Source of the DNA: Octopus vulgaris
Lineage: Eukaryota
Assembly (NCBI GenBank): GCA_951406725.2
Contig: OX597839.1
Coordinates: 35,836,001 to 35,900,000, forward strand
Length of the DNA stretch: 64,000 nt
Reading direction: 5' to 3'
Positions 11,617 to 24,827 of the stretch are shown piece after piece (the stretch's first letter is position 1; every line of letters starts with the position of its first letter). Below the pieces are notes generated by a model that saw only the letters and a list, made by a program, of their open reading frames with translations, made no database searches and was not told the DNA's origin. A program made the position numbers and the translations under genes.

Positions 11617-12968
11617 GTGAGTTGCAAAGCTTAGTTAAATATTGATGATTGTAGTGTTTATGGAGGCAGAAATAGCAGTGGCAGTAGTGGTGGTGATGGT
11701 GAAAGCACATAGTTGAGTAGTTAGGGTGTTGTCCGTAGCCTAATGGTTAGAAGGTCGTGGGTTCATGTCTTGGGCTGGATTACGCATTGTGCCTTTGCAT
11801 AAGGGACTACATTTTACTCCTTTTGTTGTTTTAGTACACTAAAACTGTAAATAAGTACCAGCTGAATGGTGCTGGTGGTTGTGGTGGCCATGGCTGTTGT
11901 TTCAAACAAGCACAATGGCTGTGATTATTAAAATGCTAACCAACCAACCAACCAGTTAAAAAAATCCAAGCTGCTTTTCATGTCTTCTTCAAACCCTTGT
12001 GGCAATGCATGTCACATTAGTTATTGCTAATTCACTGACAACAAGTTAATAGGAGGAGTAAGTGTTATCACATCTTTGGAATCAAGAGGAAAGCTTCACC
12101 ATTTTTGTTGCCATATTTCTGTCAAAATACATTGCCATTGTTTCTGTTACTTTTCAACGTCAAGCTAAGTAAAATCACAGCCGTCCATGCATAGAGATAT
12201 TTCCTCCACATCCCTCTCTCAGCTGGGATATCCTAGTCTTGTGGGTTTGTGGGTGCTGGTGCCACGTAAAAATGCCCAGGCCTGTTCCACCTTCAAAGCA
12301 CCCAGTACACTCTGTAAAGTGGTTGGCATTAGGAAGGGCATCCAGCTATAGAAGTCATGCCAAACGGACAAATGGGACCCAAATTGCTCTGTAGCTGGTC
12401 AGCTCCTGTCAAACCATCCAACTCATGCCAGCATAGAAAATGGACATTTAAACGATGATTATGATGACAATGATAACGATTTTAGTAAAGTAACTTTGTC
12501 GTTATTAATTAGTATCTGGAGAATAAATTAACATAGCATTTTGATGGAAGGTTTTTAACTTAAATCACTTTGTAACTGGAAGTTTGTATCATTGAATCAG
12601 GTGATCTCAGGCAGGCTGGTATCAAAAGGATTAAATGGGTTGGCTTCAAAAGGGTAACAGCAATTGCAGCCGGTTGAGACCTCCAAGTTTCAAACTTAAT
12701 TACTGTAAGGTTTACAAGTGCAGCACTTTTTTAGTACAAGGAGTAGGTGCTGAAAAGTTCTTGGCTTTAAGGGTCTGGTTGGAGGAGCACTTCAATAGGT
12801 ATGTGATTCTGAGAGGGGAATATGTTGAATAATGCCATAATTAATTGATCCTCCTTCTGTATTTTCGTTTACCCAAAGCGAGGAACTGCTCAGCCCCTCC
12901 TCATAATGTAATAAACGTTTGCATTTATATATAGTTTTTGTTCTTTTCACTTTGCTTCTTTCTTGAAG

Positions 12969-13127
12969 ACAATGGAGCGAAGAATGAACGTCATCTGTGC
13001 GCTGTCTACTACAACAAGAATTCTGGTTTCGAAGTCTTACATGGCTTGATGGACCGCATTATGCAGCTGCTGGATGTGAAGTATGCATCAGACAGTGGTG
13101 CAAACTATTACATCAAACCACTCGAAG
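12969..13127 (+). CDS. FARSB: FARSB exon ([36 protein letters not shown]...KPLE)
   Basis: Pyrimidine tract plus tcttgaag acceptor, gtatgt donor; [10 protein letters not shown] and GFExxHGLxDRIMQLL motifs. Confidence 0.96.
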
Positions 13128-14634
13128 GTATGTGGGGTTTTGTTAATTCTAAAATCCCTCCAAGCATTCACTGCCCTTTGCATTTCTATTATTAATGTTC
13201 AATATCTTAAATCCAGGTTTGTCCCCGTTAACAGGGGTGGCCGGATCTACCTCATACTTACACCAACTGCTCTCACACTATCTCGCCCAGTTATGGGTGT
13301 CCTCCTTCTTCAAGCCAACCCTCCCAACCTCCTCCTCCACCTGTCCCTTCCACATTTTCTTTGGTCAACCTTGCTTTCACGGTTCGTTCACCTCAAATTA
13401 TGTGATAATATATTAACTTCAATTGGTTACTTGTTACGGAGAGAATCTGTGGAGCTTTGGGCAAAATGTCTTGCATCATTTAGTTATGAATAAGGCAGTG
13501 TGCTGGCAGAATTGTTAGCATGCTGGGCAAAATTCCTAGCGACATTTTGTCTGTCTTTACGTTCTGAGTTCAAATACTGCCAAGGTCGACTTTGCCTTTT
13601 GTTCGTCAATAAAATAAGCATCAGTTGAACACCCCCTCCACAATATTGCGGCCGTTTTCCCAAAATTTGAAACCATTATTTACATATGGTTCTGTTCAAA
13701 CCCTGGCTTTACTTTCCCTTCTGGAGGTGATAAGATAAAGTACCAGTCAAGCACTGGCGGTTGATGGTATTGACTAACACCCTCCCTCTAAAATTGCTTA
13801 AGTTAGGAACCTTTATTGTTATTATTGGAGAAATAAACTGGCAGAATTGGTAGAGCATCAGAAAACATTTTCTTATTATAATTATTATTGGAACAGCTAA
13901 CGTATCGATTCCTATAATCTGATGTTTACGGCTCTAGATCTAGTTTAAGTATTCATCTAATGTAGTGATTCTATGTACAAAGCATTCGTGTCGGCGCCAC
14001 ATGCAAAGCACTCATGCCAGGACCACATAGTGGGCACTTGTGCTGGCACCATGTAAAACACACCCAACACAGTCTGCGAAATGGTTGGCATTAGGAAGGA
14101 CATCCAGCCATAGCAACCATGCCAGAATAGACAATCGGAGCCCGGATAGCTCTCCAGCTGACCATCTCCTATGAAACCACCCAAACCATGCCAGGATGGA
14201 AAATGGACATTAAATGATTATGATGATGATGGACTCCTTTGATTCCTATTTTACACAGGTGGATGCATCAAAAATCCTTTTATACTTTTATAATTAGCTA
14301 TTATTAGGAATTGTACTGAAAAAATTGGGAAGTTTGACTAATTTATTGCACATAAATTTTAACAGAAAAATCTTATATGAACCCCTGTTGCGAACCACTG
14401 AAACACATCAAAGCAGTCCCCACTGCCATTCCAGTATGGTCACAGTCCATTGACTAAAACTAGTAAAAAGATGAAACAAGATAAGCTCCCTTCCTAATCT
14501 TTTCCTTCATTCAATTCACCTGTGTTTTTCCCCCGTCTAATTTCATTAATTCCTAGGGTTTTGCATTGTCTGTGTTTTCAGGAAACTCGGCCCTTATCGT
14601 CTTGATTACTTACCTTTAATTTTTATTGTTGCAG

Positions 14635-14783
14635 ATCCGACTTTTTTCCCCGGCCGTTGTGCAGAGATCATTGCTGGAAACCAAAGTGTTGGCAAGTTTG
14701 GAGTATTACACCCAGATGTGATCACAAAGTTTGAGCTCAACATGCCATGCTCTGCTTTAGAGATCAATATTGAGAAACTATAG
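14635..14783 (+). CDS. FARSB: FARSB terminal coding exon ([48 protein letters not shown])
   Basis: gttgcag acceptor; FFPGRCAEI and [13 protein letters not shown] motifs; TAG at 14781-14783. Confidence 0.96.
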
Positions 14784-14962
14784 AATGGCTTTTCTTGCAC
14801 AATTTGAAACCCATTTGTATGGATTACACCATCAGCCTGGTCTTTGACCGACAATCACAAACACCACTGCAATCTAATTTATGCAATATTGTAATTGATT
14901 AATTAAATGCATTGATCATGAAAATGTATGTATGTGTATATATACGCACTCAAAAGAGCAGT

Positions 14963-14968
14963 AATAAA
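14963..14968 (+). terminator. Probable FARSB polyadenylation signal
   Basis: AATAAA ~180 nt after the stop codon, followed by a T-rich tract. Confidence 0.6.
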
Positions 14969-15368
14969 AATTGTCAAGTGTTATATTTATATTGTCTTCT
15001 TTTTTTTTTTCATGAGTTAAATTCTATTCGTAAATGATATGATTTACTACACAGAAGTGTAGTATATCAGTTTTTTCTTTAGGTAATTGGGTCTCAGCTA
15101 TATTTAATGTCTCATTTATTTCCTGTTTACTTTCATTTACTCCCACCTGCTCTCATATAATGTTGGGGTGGCCATGTATCTCTTCTCCAACTCACCTCCC
15201 TGTTCAAGTCCCTTCTATTTATACTTTTCATCTCTCAACCCCTTGCATAAATCCACACACCTTCTCTATTATAAGATTTCAAGTTCGATTCCAGGCAGTG
15301 ACCTGAATAATAATAATAATATTGAAAAATACCTTAGGAATGAGAACCCAGGTTTGAAATTTCCCCAA

Positions 15369-15414
15369 GACACCTGATGAAGGCTGGAGGGTATATCAGC
15401 TGAAACGTTGTGTT
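15369..15414 (+). ncRNA. Minimal type I hammerhead ribozyme motif (Penelope-like)
   Basis: GACAC-CTGATGA-A-GGCTG(10 nt)CAGCT-GAAA-CGTT-GTGTT: stem I GACAC/GTGTT, stem II GGCTG/CAGCT, palindromic ACGT stem III. Confidence 0.7.
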
Positions 15415-16587
15415 AACAACAAACATGATGAGGACAAATATCCATCAAATGTAAATAATGTAAAATCTATAATGTGCCCCTTAGTGGGGTTGGGCAAATT
15501 ATATGATAAAATGAGATGGGTGCAAAGAGTAATAGTGTGAGGGAAATGTAGTAGCAGAGTGAGTGTGATTGATATCAGGGAAGGGGAGGACAGGAGTGGT
15601 GATGGGATGAAAACAATACAACTGTCTTATACATGTACTTTCATAAATACACACATGTGCACATAGGTAACTTTTAAAACTCCAATGAAGAGGAAGAAAG
15701 ATGGGTGAGAGGAATATGTAGCCCTCTTAAGGAAAAAGGGGGTAGGTAACTTTTCTGCTGTCCCTCGCAAAGAAACACCCACACACACACACGTCTACTA
15801 TACACCATTTTGAACTCATGATTACCTCTGTGTATGTCTGTAAATGTGTGTGTGTGTCATGTCCTATAACTATCTGTCTCTCTACTTTCGTAGGTTCTTC
15901 CCTGTTGCTGTCACATATTGTGAGATTTTAAAATTACGTCAAGATTTTCAAATTTGGTATATTGAAATAATTTTCCGCATTAAGTCCGATTTTGTCATTT
16001 ATTTGTGCCAGAAAAAATTGCAGAAAAATCTTACTGAGGTTTAAAGTTTAATCAACTTTTCCTAATCAGAAAACAGGATTTGGAAGCTGGCATTTTCTGC
16101 ATGATAGTTGTCTATCACGAAACGAAAGCAAAATCATTAGGAAGAGGAATTTTTATTAAACAAACCTTGCCTGGACTTGTGCATCAGAGTGTAATTTCTA
16201 GATACAATCCCAAGGCCATTCATGACCAAAGGTGGTCTTTACCTTTTTTTTTCAATGGAACTGTATATTTTTAGGAAGGATTTCATTCTTGAAATGCTAA
16301 TTCCATGTTTTTTAAACTTCTGTTGCCCCCTTCTTTCATCATGTCTTTAGAACAGCAACCTAGATTAAAATGACTTACCAAAATTTTTCGGCGTTTTATT
16401 GTATTCCACCACATTCTGAAACATTTGGAATTCACATTTTTAAAAAAATCTCAACCACATCACCTTCATTATACTTTTTGTAATTAAAATTTTTTTTTTT
16501 TTAAATTTTTTTTATTCTTCATAATTTTGCTCTTCTGTAAAAACTTCTTTCTGCATGACATGAAAATTAAATTACAAGAAAAACTAG

Positions 16588-16950
16588 AATAATAATAATA
16601 ATAATGAAATTATTGTATACAGTGCTCAGGAGCACCACAACTTGTCAGAAAGTGCGTATAGAGTGTATGCAGTAATGTACAAATGTCTGGAAAGCGAACA
16701 ATGTATGAGTCAGATAGATGCTTGTGTGTGTATGGAGGGGAGAAAATCAAATGTAGTGTTGGCGAATCTCAGAAAGCATGGAAGTTTTAAAGAAAGCAGT
16801 GCTCCGACAACTAACAACTGATGCCGGCAGTTTGTTCCATGCTTCAGCAACTCTCAGCGTGAAAAAATGTTTCCTAAAGTCATGGGAGCTGTGCTGCTTT
16901 CTGACTTTGTAAATATGTCCACAGGTGTTAGACGGGTGGAGTTTGAAAAG
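16588..16950 (-). mobile_element. CR1/L2-group LINE 3' end
   Basis: Minus-strand translation GHIYKVRKQHSSHDFRKHFFTLRVAEAWNKLPASVV (typical FFxxRVxxxWNxLP); (TTA)n tail. Confidence 0.8.
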
Positions 16951-17577
16951 AATATATCAGCACTTACCAGATATAATCCCCTTCATATTTAATTTTACAT
17001 ACCAAATTTTTCATACTCCCACATAAAATAAAAAAATAAAAAATAGAAATAAATATAAGGCCTTACTGAGGACAAGGTGTTGCTGTGACAAAGAGAGGGA
17101 AAAACAAACGAAATACCATTAGCATAGCTACACATGTCTGCCCTACCCCTATACACACACACACATACTGACTTTATTTCCTCATAACTTTCATAAAAAT
17201 AGATTTTTTTTTTTAAAGGAAAAGTTCTACAAACAGCTTTCAGATGGTGTAGATTATAAATAACTATACTAGAATTTAATGTGGAAATAAAAAAATGAAA
17301 TGAAATAAAATTGGTGGGCGCACACACACACACGCACACATATACCTACAGGCAAATATCACATAATTTTTTAAATTTCATTTTTTAATATTAATTTCCG
17401 ATATAATCGTAATTTACACCATCTGGAAGGTTTTAATTATTGAAAATTTCATTAAAACAATAGCTTTTTTTTTTTTCTTTTCTTCTGAAAGTGATAAAGA
17501 AACAAAATCGCGTGGGGCACATTTGTGTAAGTATGCCCAAAATCGAAATAGTAGTAGTAGTAGGACAAACACAGACA

Positions 17578-17699
17578 CACACACACACATATATATATAT
17601 ATACACATACATATATATTTATATATACATACATAAATACATATATATATATATATATACATACATACATATATATTTATATACATATATACATACATA

Positions 17700-17730
<31 letters not shown>

Positions 17731-17776
17731 CATACATATATATATATATTTATATATATATACATACATAAATACA

Positions 17777-17839
<63 letters not shown>

Positions 17840-18036
17840 AATACATATATATTATATATATATATATACATACATACATATATATTTATATATATACATA
17901 CATAAATACATATATATTATATATATATATACATACATACATATATATTTATATATATACATACATAAATACATATATATTTATGTTTATATATATATAT
18001 ATACATACATATATATTTATATATATACATACATAA

Positions 18037-18079
<43 letters not shown>

Positions 18080-18211
18080 CATAAATACATACATATACAT
18101 ACATACATATATATTTATATATATATATACATACATATATATTTATATATATATATATACATACATACATATACATACATATATATTTATATATATATAT
18201 ACATATATATT

Positions 18212-18249
<38 letters not shown>

Positions 18250-18550
18250 CATACATACATATTTATATATATACATATACATACATACATACATATATAT
18301 TTATATATATACATATACATACATACATACACATATATTTATATATATACATACATAAATACATATATATTTATATATATATACATACATAAATACATGT
18401 ATATTTATATATATATACATACATAAATATATATTTATATATATACATACATAAATACATACATATATATATATGTATATGTATATAAATATATATGCAT
18501 GTATATACACACACAGACACACACACACACATATATATGTATATATATGA
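17578..18550. repeat. (TA/TACA)n compound microsatellite
   Basis: Direct reading. Confidence 0.95.
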
Positions 18551-20169
18551 CGGGCTTCTTTCAGTTTCTGTCTACCAAATCCACTCGCAAAGCTTTGGTC
18601 GGCTCGAAGCTATAGTAAATGACACTTACCTAAGGTGCCACGCAGTGGGACTGAACCCGGAACCATGCTACTTACCACACACACACACAAACATGTATTA
18701 TATACAACCGATTTTTCGTCGTCTGCTCTTCCTTTCTTTTATGTCCGAAAGCAGACGACAGGTAATTGCATTGAAGCGCATGCGTTAAAAGAGTGGGAGG
18801 TAGAAAAAAACAAACAAACAAAACGTACACCGCCGTCGTCGTCACCTTTAAACGTTATCACCACTAACTCCACCACCACCATCGTCACCACTACTTGCTT
18901 CAGTGAATATCTCTACTGACACCACCACTCCCACCTCCTCCTCCAACCAATATCTCTACTCATACCACCACCACCATTATATTTGTTAGTAACTTTGACT
19001 CTCTTTACTCTTTTACTTGTTTCAGTCATTTGACTGTGGCCATGCTGGAGCACCGCATTTAGTCGAGCAAATCGAACCCAGGACTGTGTTTGCGTTCTGA
19101 GTTCAAAATCCGCCGAGGTCGACTTGGCCTTTCATCCTTTCGGGGTCGATAAATTAAGTACCAGTTACGCACTGGGGTTGGATGTAATCGACTTAATCCG
19201 TTTGTCTGTCCTTGTTTGTCCCCTCTGTGTTTAGCCCCTTGTGGGTAATAAAGAAATAGGTATTTCGTCTGCCGTTACATTCTGAGTTCAAATTCCGCCG
19301 AGGTCGACTTGGCCTTTCATCCTTTCGGGGTCGATAAATTAAGTACCAGTTGCGTACTGGGATCGACCTAATCGACTGGCCCCCCCTCCCCAAAAATTTC
19401 AGGACTTGTGCCTAGAGTAGGAAAGAATATATGGACCAAATTTTATTCGCTGTTTTCATAAACTTTCTTTCAGTCAGTGCCGCCTTAACGTATGAGCCCA
19501 CTGTCAATAAATACATAGTATAGGGCCCAGTGCTTTGACTTTCTCGGGAGCCCTTAGCCTTGCTTGAAGAAGGCCCGATAACAAAATCATTCCAGCGATA
19601 TTTTATTTTTCAGGGATAATAATGTACGTTCTATCCCTTTAGTGAAATAGATGTTTTTAATTACTCCATCGTCAGGAAAAAAAATTTTAATCGATTAAAA
19701 TGCAGTCTAAGGGGAATAACTCATGCGCGATTTCTTCTGTTCAATAGATTTCCTTTCTTCAATTTACGATTTTATCGGATTTATTTTATTAAAGTGATTT
19801 CCTCCTCAGTGTAGTGGGTGCTTTTTACATGCCATCGGCACTGGAATCAGTCGTGGCTACAATTTCATTTGGTTTGACAGGTCTTCTCAAGCACAGCGTA
19901 TCGCCCAACATTTGAGGAGTGATTTTTACATACCAGTTACATGACATAGGCATCAGCCATGACTACGATCACACTTGGCTTGATGGGTCTTCTCAAGCGC
20001 AACATGTCGCCAAAGGTCTTGGTCACTTGTCATTGCCTCTGTGAGGGCCAACATTGGAAGATCTTGCTTCACCGATCTGGTGAAAAGTCGAAATACTTGA
20101 AGTTGTCGGAGGAAATTTAAGAAGATCCACAATGACTACTACAACACTAGCTAATATTAAACACAACCA

Positions 20170-20528
20170 CGCCGTGGTGATCTCATTCTTGCTCACAACA
20201 TCATAAGCGGAAAGTGTAACCTCTCGAAAGAGCTGTTCTTCACTCCTGCTCCAGAACGTCGGCTGCGGGGTCACTCCGAAAAGCTCTATCTGCGACGATT
20301 TCATCTCAATCGAAGGAGAGGGGCTTTCTCCATCCGGGTTGCGGATCCGTGGAATAAGCTGCCGGACGAGATGGTGAAGATGCCGACGACCGCTCGGTTC
20401 AAAGTCTCCCTTGACCTCAAGTGGCCTGAACTCTTTACATGAACACCACCCTGTACATAACTCCATGTCCCCCTACATGGCCTTGCTTTTTTGCTTTTTG
20501 AGCCAAAAAATTAACTAACTAACTAACA
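20170..20528 (+). mobile_element. CR1-group LINE 3' end
   Basis: RRGDLILAHNII..RLRGHSEKL..RRGAFSIRVADPWNKLPDEMV..FKVSLD; (TAAC)n tail at ~20511-20528. Confidence 0.85.
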
Positions 20529-21029
20529 TATACAACTATAATTGGGATAATCTTTAGCCAGAATTAAAAGTTAACACCAACAACAACAACCACCACATTT
20601 GACAACAACAGATAATAATAATAATGATATAGACAGTTGTTATTTCAAAGAAAATCTCTTTATTTTACATTGAAAGTTAAAAACAAATTTATTGAGCAAT
20701 AAATGAATTAATAATAATAATATAATATTTGAATGTAGCTCTTATTCCCCAGCACACACATACATGTGGTGCAGGGACAGGACTTGCCCCATGGGGTGTG
20801 GGAGCCCCACATAACAGTTTATTTGTCTTGTTTGTCAATTTTTTTTTATTTATCATTTTCAAGTTTTATCTCAACATTGGTAACATTTCACTATTTTTTT
20901 TTTTGTATATTTCTGTTTCTGAGAAGAATTTTTGTTTGTTTGTTTGAATAATAAAAACCCTTCTCAGAACTGAGAATTTATCTGGTCTATTTGTATATAT
21001 GCACCTGTTTGTGTGTTTGGATGTGTGTG

Positions 21030-21265
21030 TGTGTGTATACACATTTATAAATGTATATATATATATACATATATAGGTATGTATGTGTATATATGTATAT
21101 ATATATATATATATATAGGTATGTATGTGTATATATGTATATATATATATATATATATAGGTATGTATGTGTATATATGTATATATATATAGGTATGTAT
21201 GTGTATATATATATATATATATAGGTATGTATGTGTATATATATATATATATATATATAGGTATG

Positions 21266-21303
<38 letters not shown>

Positions 21304-21689
21304 TATGTATGTGTATATATGTATATATATATATATAGGTATGTATGTGTATATATGTATATACAAATATAGGTATGTATGTGTATATATATATATAGGT
21401 ATATATAGGTATGTGTGTGTGTGTATATATATATATATATAATTATGAGTACATCAAAAGGATCTCATTTAATACAGCACAACTCATTAGCGCTCTTAAG
21501 GAGCAATAAGAATACAGGCACGAGTGAAGAACAGATTTCAAAGGTCAAGTCCCTTTATCAAAGTAAATCACTTCGCATCTTAGGCATATCCATATACAGT
21601 ATCAGTTCAATATGAATATGCCGATGATGCCAAGTGATGCCTCATCTGATAAAGGGACTTGACCTTTGAAATCTGTTCTCCACTCTTGC

Positions 21690-21734
<45 letters not shown>

Positions 21735-21827
21735 GGTGTATATGATCCTGTTTGTGTGTTTGAATATATGTGTGTGTGTAGGTATGCAACTATAATTGTA
21801 TATATGTATGTATGTACATAGACATAC

Positions 21828-21858
<31 letters not shown>

Positions 21859-21965
21859 TATATGCATATGTATGTATATATACATCGGTATTTTTTTTTC
21901 TCTGAGCGTCTTATTAATTTGCATGTATTACCTCCTCACATTGTTGTTTTCTCCATTGTGTTAAT

Positions 21966-22002
<37 letters not shown>

Positions 22003-22026
22003 TTGTATATATACATATGTATATAG

Positions 22027-22070
<44 letters not shown>

Positions 22071-22450
22071 ATATATTGTATGTATGCATGTATATATAAA
22101 TATTTGTATATATACATGTGTGTGTGTGTATATATAGATATATACACATGTGTGTGTATATATATATACACATGTGTGTATATATATATATATATACACA
22201 TGTGTGTGTATATACATGTATATATATATATACATATATATATTTGTATATATACATATGTGTGTATATATATATATGTATATATACATGTGTATACATA
22301 TATATTTGTATATATACATGTGTGTGTGTGTGTGTGTGTATATATATACACACACACACACATGTACATATAAATATATATATATAGGTATGTGCGTGTG
22401 TATGTGTGTAAATATATATGCCTATGTGTATATACGTACATATAATCATA
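21030..22450. repeat. Compound TA/TG microsatellites including an ATAGGTATGTATGTGT minisatellite (21070-21410)
   Basis: Direct reading; about 9 ATAGGTATG units separated by variable TA runs. Confidence 0.9.
21515..21692. mobile_element. Hairpin MITE with TA flanks
   Basis: TA|CAGGCA..TGCCTG|TA; ~80-bp inverted arms. Confidence 0.65.
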
Positions 22451-23184
22451 TAATTACACGTGTATGAGTAAGCAGATATGTATCTTTTTATATATTTATT
22501 AATAGAAACAAGAAGAGGGGAAAATTGGGTGACAGTGAAATTGAAGTAAAAATGGAAATATTTAAAACGGGGGGAAGGGGGTAGAGGAGAAGGAGGAGGA
22601 GAGAAAATACAGTTTTCGGACTATATTTCTATTTTTTGGGGGGCTTTTGGCTGGGGGGGGCTGGTGTTGTTGGCGAGGTGGGTGAGAGAGAGAGGGGGAG
22701 AGAGGTAGGGAGGAAGAGATAAAGACATAACAAGAAGTTGGTTATATATGAATAATATATGACATTGAAAGTTGGTCGGCTTTTACTTAATACACACCAG
22801 ACAGACAGATGACTTGGTAAATAAAGGGAGGTAACAGTCGGGATGTGTGTAGAGAGAGGAAGAGAGAGAAACAGATAGACAAACGGAGAGAGAGAGAGGG
22901 GGAGAGAGAGAGAGAGAAAGAAAGAAAGAGGGAAAGAACATGGTTTATTCATATTGGAATAAAATCTGGAGGTGGTGGGGGGGCGGGGGAGAAAGAGATA
23001 TCAGCAGCTGATGTTTTGACACCTGACGGAGTATTTAAACTGTTGAAAGTGAAATATTTGTGGGGGAAACCGTTTTCACAGAGAGAATAACGGAGGAAAA
23101 AGGAAAATGGAGCCGATGGGGACGGGGACGGCGGTGGTGGTGGTGGTGGTCGAACAATGGGAAGAACGTAGGAAGAAGACGAGG

Positions 23185-23520
23185 AGGAAATGGGAGTGGG
23201 TAGAATGTGTGAGGAGGAGGAGGAGGAGGAGGAGGATGAAGTAGAAGGGAGCAGTGGGCTGAGGAGGGGGAGGAGGAAGTAAGAGTGGGTAGAACGTGTG
23301 AGATGGAGGAGGAGGAGGAGGAAGTAGAAGGGAGCAGTGGGCTGAGGAGGGGGAGGAAGTGGGAGTGGGGTAGAATGTGTGAGGTGAAGGAGGAGGAGGA
23401 GGAGGAAGTTGAAGGGAACAGTTGGCTGAGGAGGGGGAGGTGGGAGTGGGTAGAATGTGTGAGGAGGAGGAAGTAGAAGGGAGCAGTGGGCTGAGGAGGA
23501 GGAAGGGGAGGAGGAAGTGG
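23185..23520 (+). repeat. Purine-rich ~80-bp degenerate tandem repeat with (GAG)n
   Basis: GAGTGGGTAGAATGTGTGAG..GAAGTAGAAGGGAGCAGTGGGCTGAGG recurs about 4 times. Confidence 0.85.
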
Positions 23521-24015
23521 GCAGAGTAGTTAAAATAAATTTAGGCTGGGAGAAATTATATTTCTTTTGTTAACAAGAAAAATGTAATTTTTTTTTTTTT
23601 TATTGCTTATATTTCTTGTCTTCGATGTGCCATGTCGCCGAGGAGACACACTATGCTCCCTCCACCGACTCACAATAAAACATCACTTTTTAACCCCTTG
23701 TTTTGTAAGGGGGTGGTGGTATTTTTTCTTTTTTTTTTTTTTTTTACTATTTTTCTTCATTGCCACTGTTTTTAATTAACTTTGAAAATAATGAAGAACT
23801 TAGTAAAAAATAACAAAAGTCGGTGTTTGGAACACAAATTAACATGAAATTTTGATGGTAAATTTTAATTTACATTACTCGTTACCATATTTCCAATGAA
23901 ACGCATCACCTTTGTTACAATTAATATTGAAAAAAATGAAGAATTTACTAAAATGACAAAGTTGGTGTTGGGAATGCAATGAGAAATTTTGATGGAAAGT
24001 TATAATTTCGATCAC

Positions 24016-24436
24016 GGTTCTTTTCGGTTTGACCGGCAGTTTTTTAAAATAATTTCCACGTAACTAAACACTTTTAAACTTCGTATACTGGTAGAATGTG
24101 TTTATAAAACATCTTTTTCTCTTGGCTTTCTTGAGAAAATTCTATAGTTTGTAAGATATGTTGTTTTTTTTTCTTCAATTTCTGCAATTTCAACCAATCA
24201 ATGACGTCTATTGAGGTGAAAACATTCTGTGCCGTATGAATATGTCCCTCGTTTAAGAAACAGATCGGGTTTATTTACATTTGTGAAGAAAAAAAGATAC
24301 CCTTGCCCCACCCCTAACTCTAACCCTAACCCTAAAAGAGATTGAAATGCAATAGATTGATACTAGGGTTATAATTATGAGTGACAATTTCATATGACAT
24401 TGCTAGAAAAAACTGCCGTTCAAACTGAAAGGATCC
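24016..24436. mobile_element. GG..CC MITE with 8-bp TSD and internal (CCCTAA)n
   Basis: TIR GGTTCTTTTCGGTTTGACCGGCAGTTTTT vs AAAAACTGCCGTTCAAACTGAAAGGATCC; TSD TCGATCAC/TAGATCAC; partial copy at ~52140-52355. Confidence 0.75.
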
Positions 24437-24606
24437 TAGATCACTTTAACCATTTTGTTACCATATTTCTATCTTTGTTACAATTAGTTTTGAAAAAAAT
24501 GAAGAATTTAGAGAAATCCCTTTCGTCATTTAACCGATGTTTGGAACATTTAACATTTAATCAGCATGAAATTTTGATGGAAGGTTTTCGATTGAAGTCT
24601 CCTTAA

Positions 24607-24827
24607 CCCTTTAGCATTTAAACCGGCCACATCCGGCCAAAAGTATTCTGCCTGTTTTATGTTCAGCATGGCCAGATCTGGTCTCTCACACCAACCCTAC
24701 AATATCGTTTTAAAAATTAACAGCTACCTCATCAAAATCTCATAGTTACAAGATAATGCATGATTAGTTCAAAACAATGAGGATAAAAAAGGATTAATTT
24801 TGGCAGAATAATGTGAACACTAAAGGG
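24607..24827. mobile_element. TTAA-specific (piggyBac-like) MITE; similar element at ~27357-27577
   Basis: TTAA|CCCTTTAG...CTAAAGGG|TTAA. Confidence 0.75.

Noticed and set aside
14606-17430. Possible minus-strand exons (GTAAGT donors at ~14611 and ~16969)
   Set aside because: No coherent reading frame or homology; such motifs arise by chance in AT-rich DNA. RNA-seq would be needed.
21646-21680. Hammerhead-like CTGATAA-AGGG..CCTTT-GAAA in the hairpin MITE
   Set aside because: Core G8 is missing and there is no convincing stem I or III.
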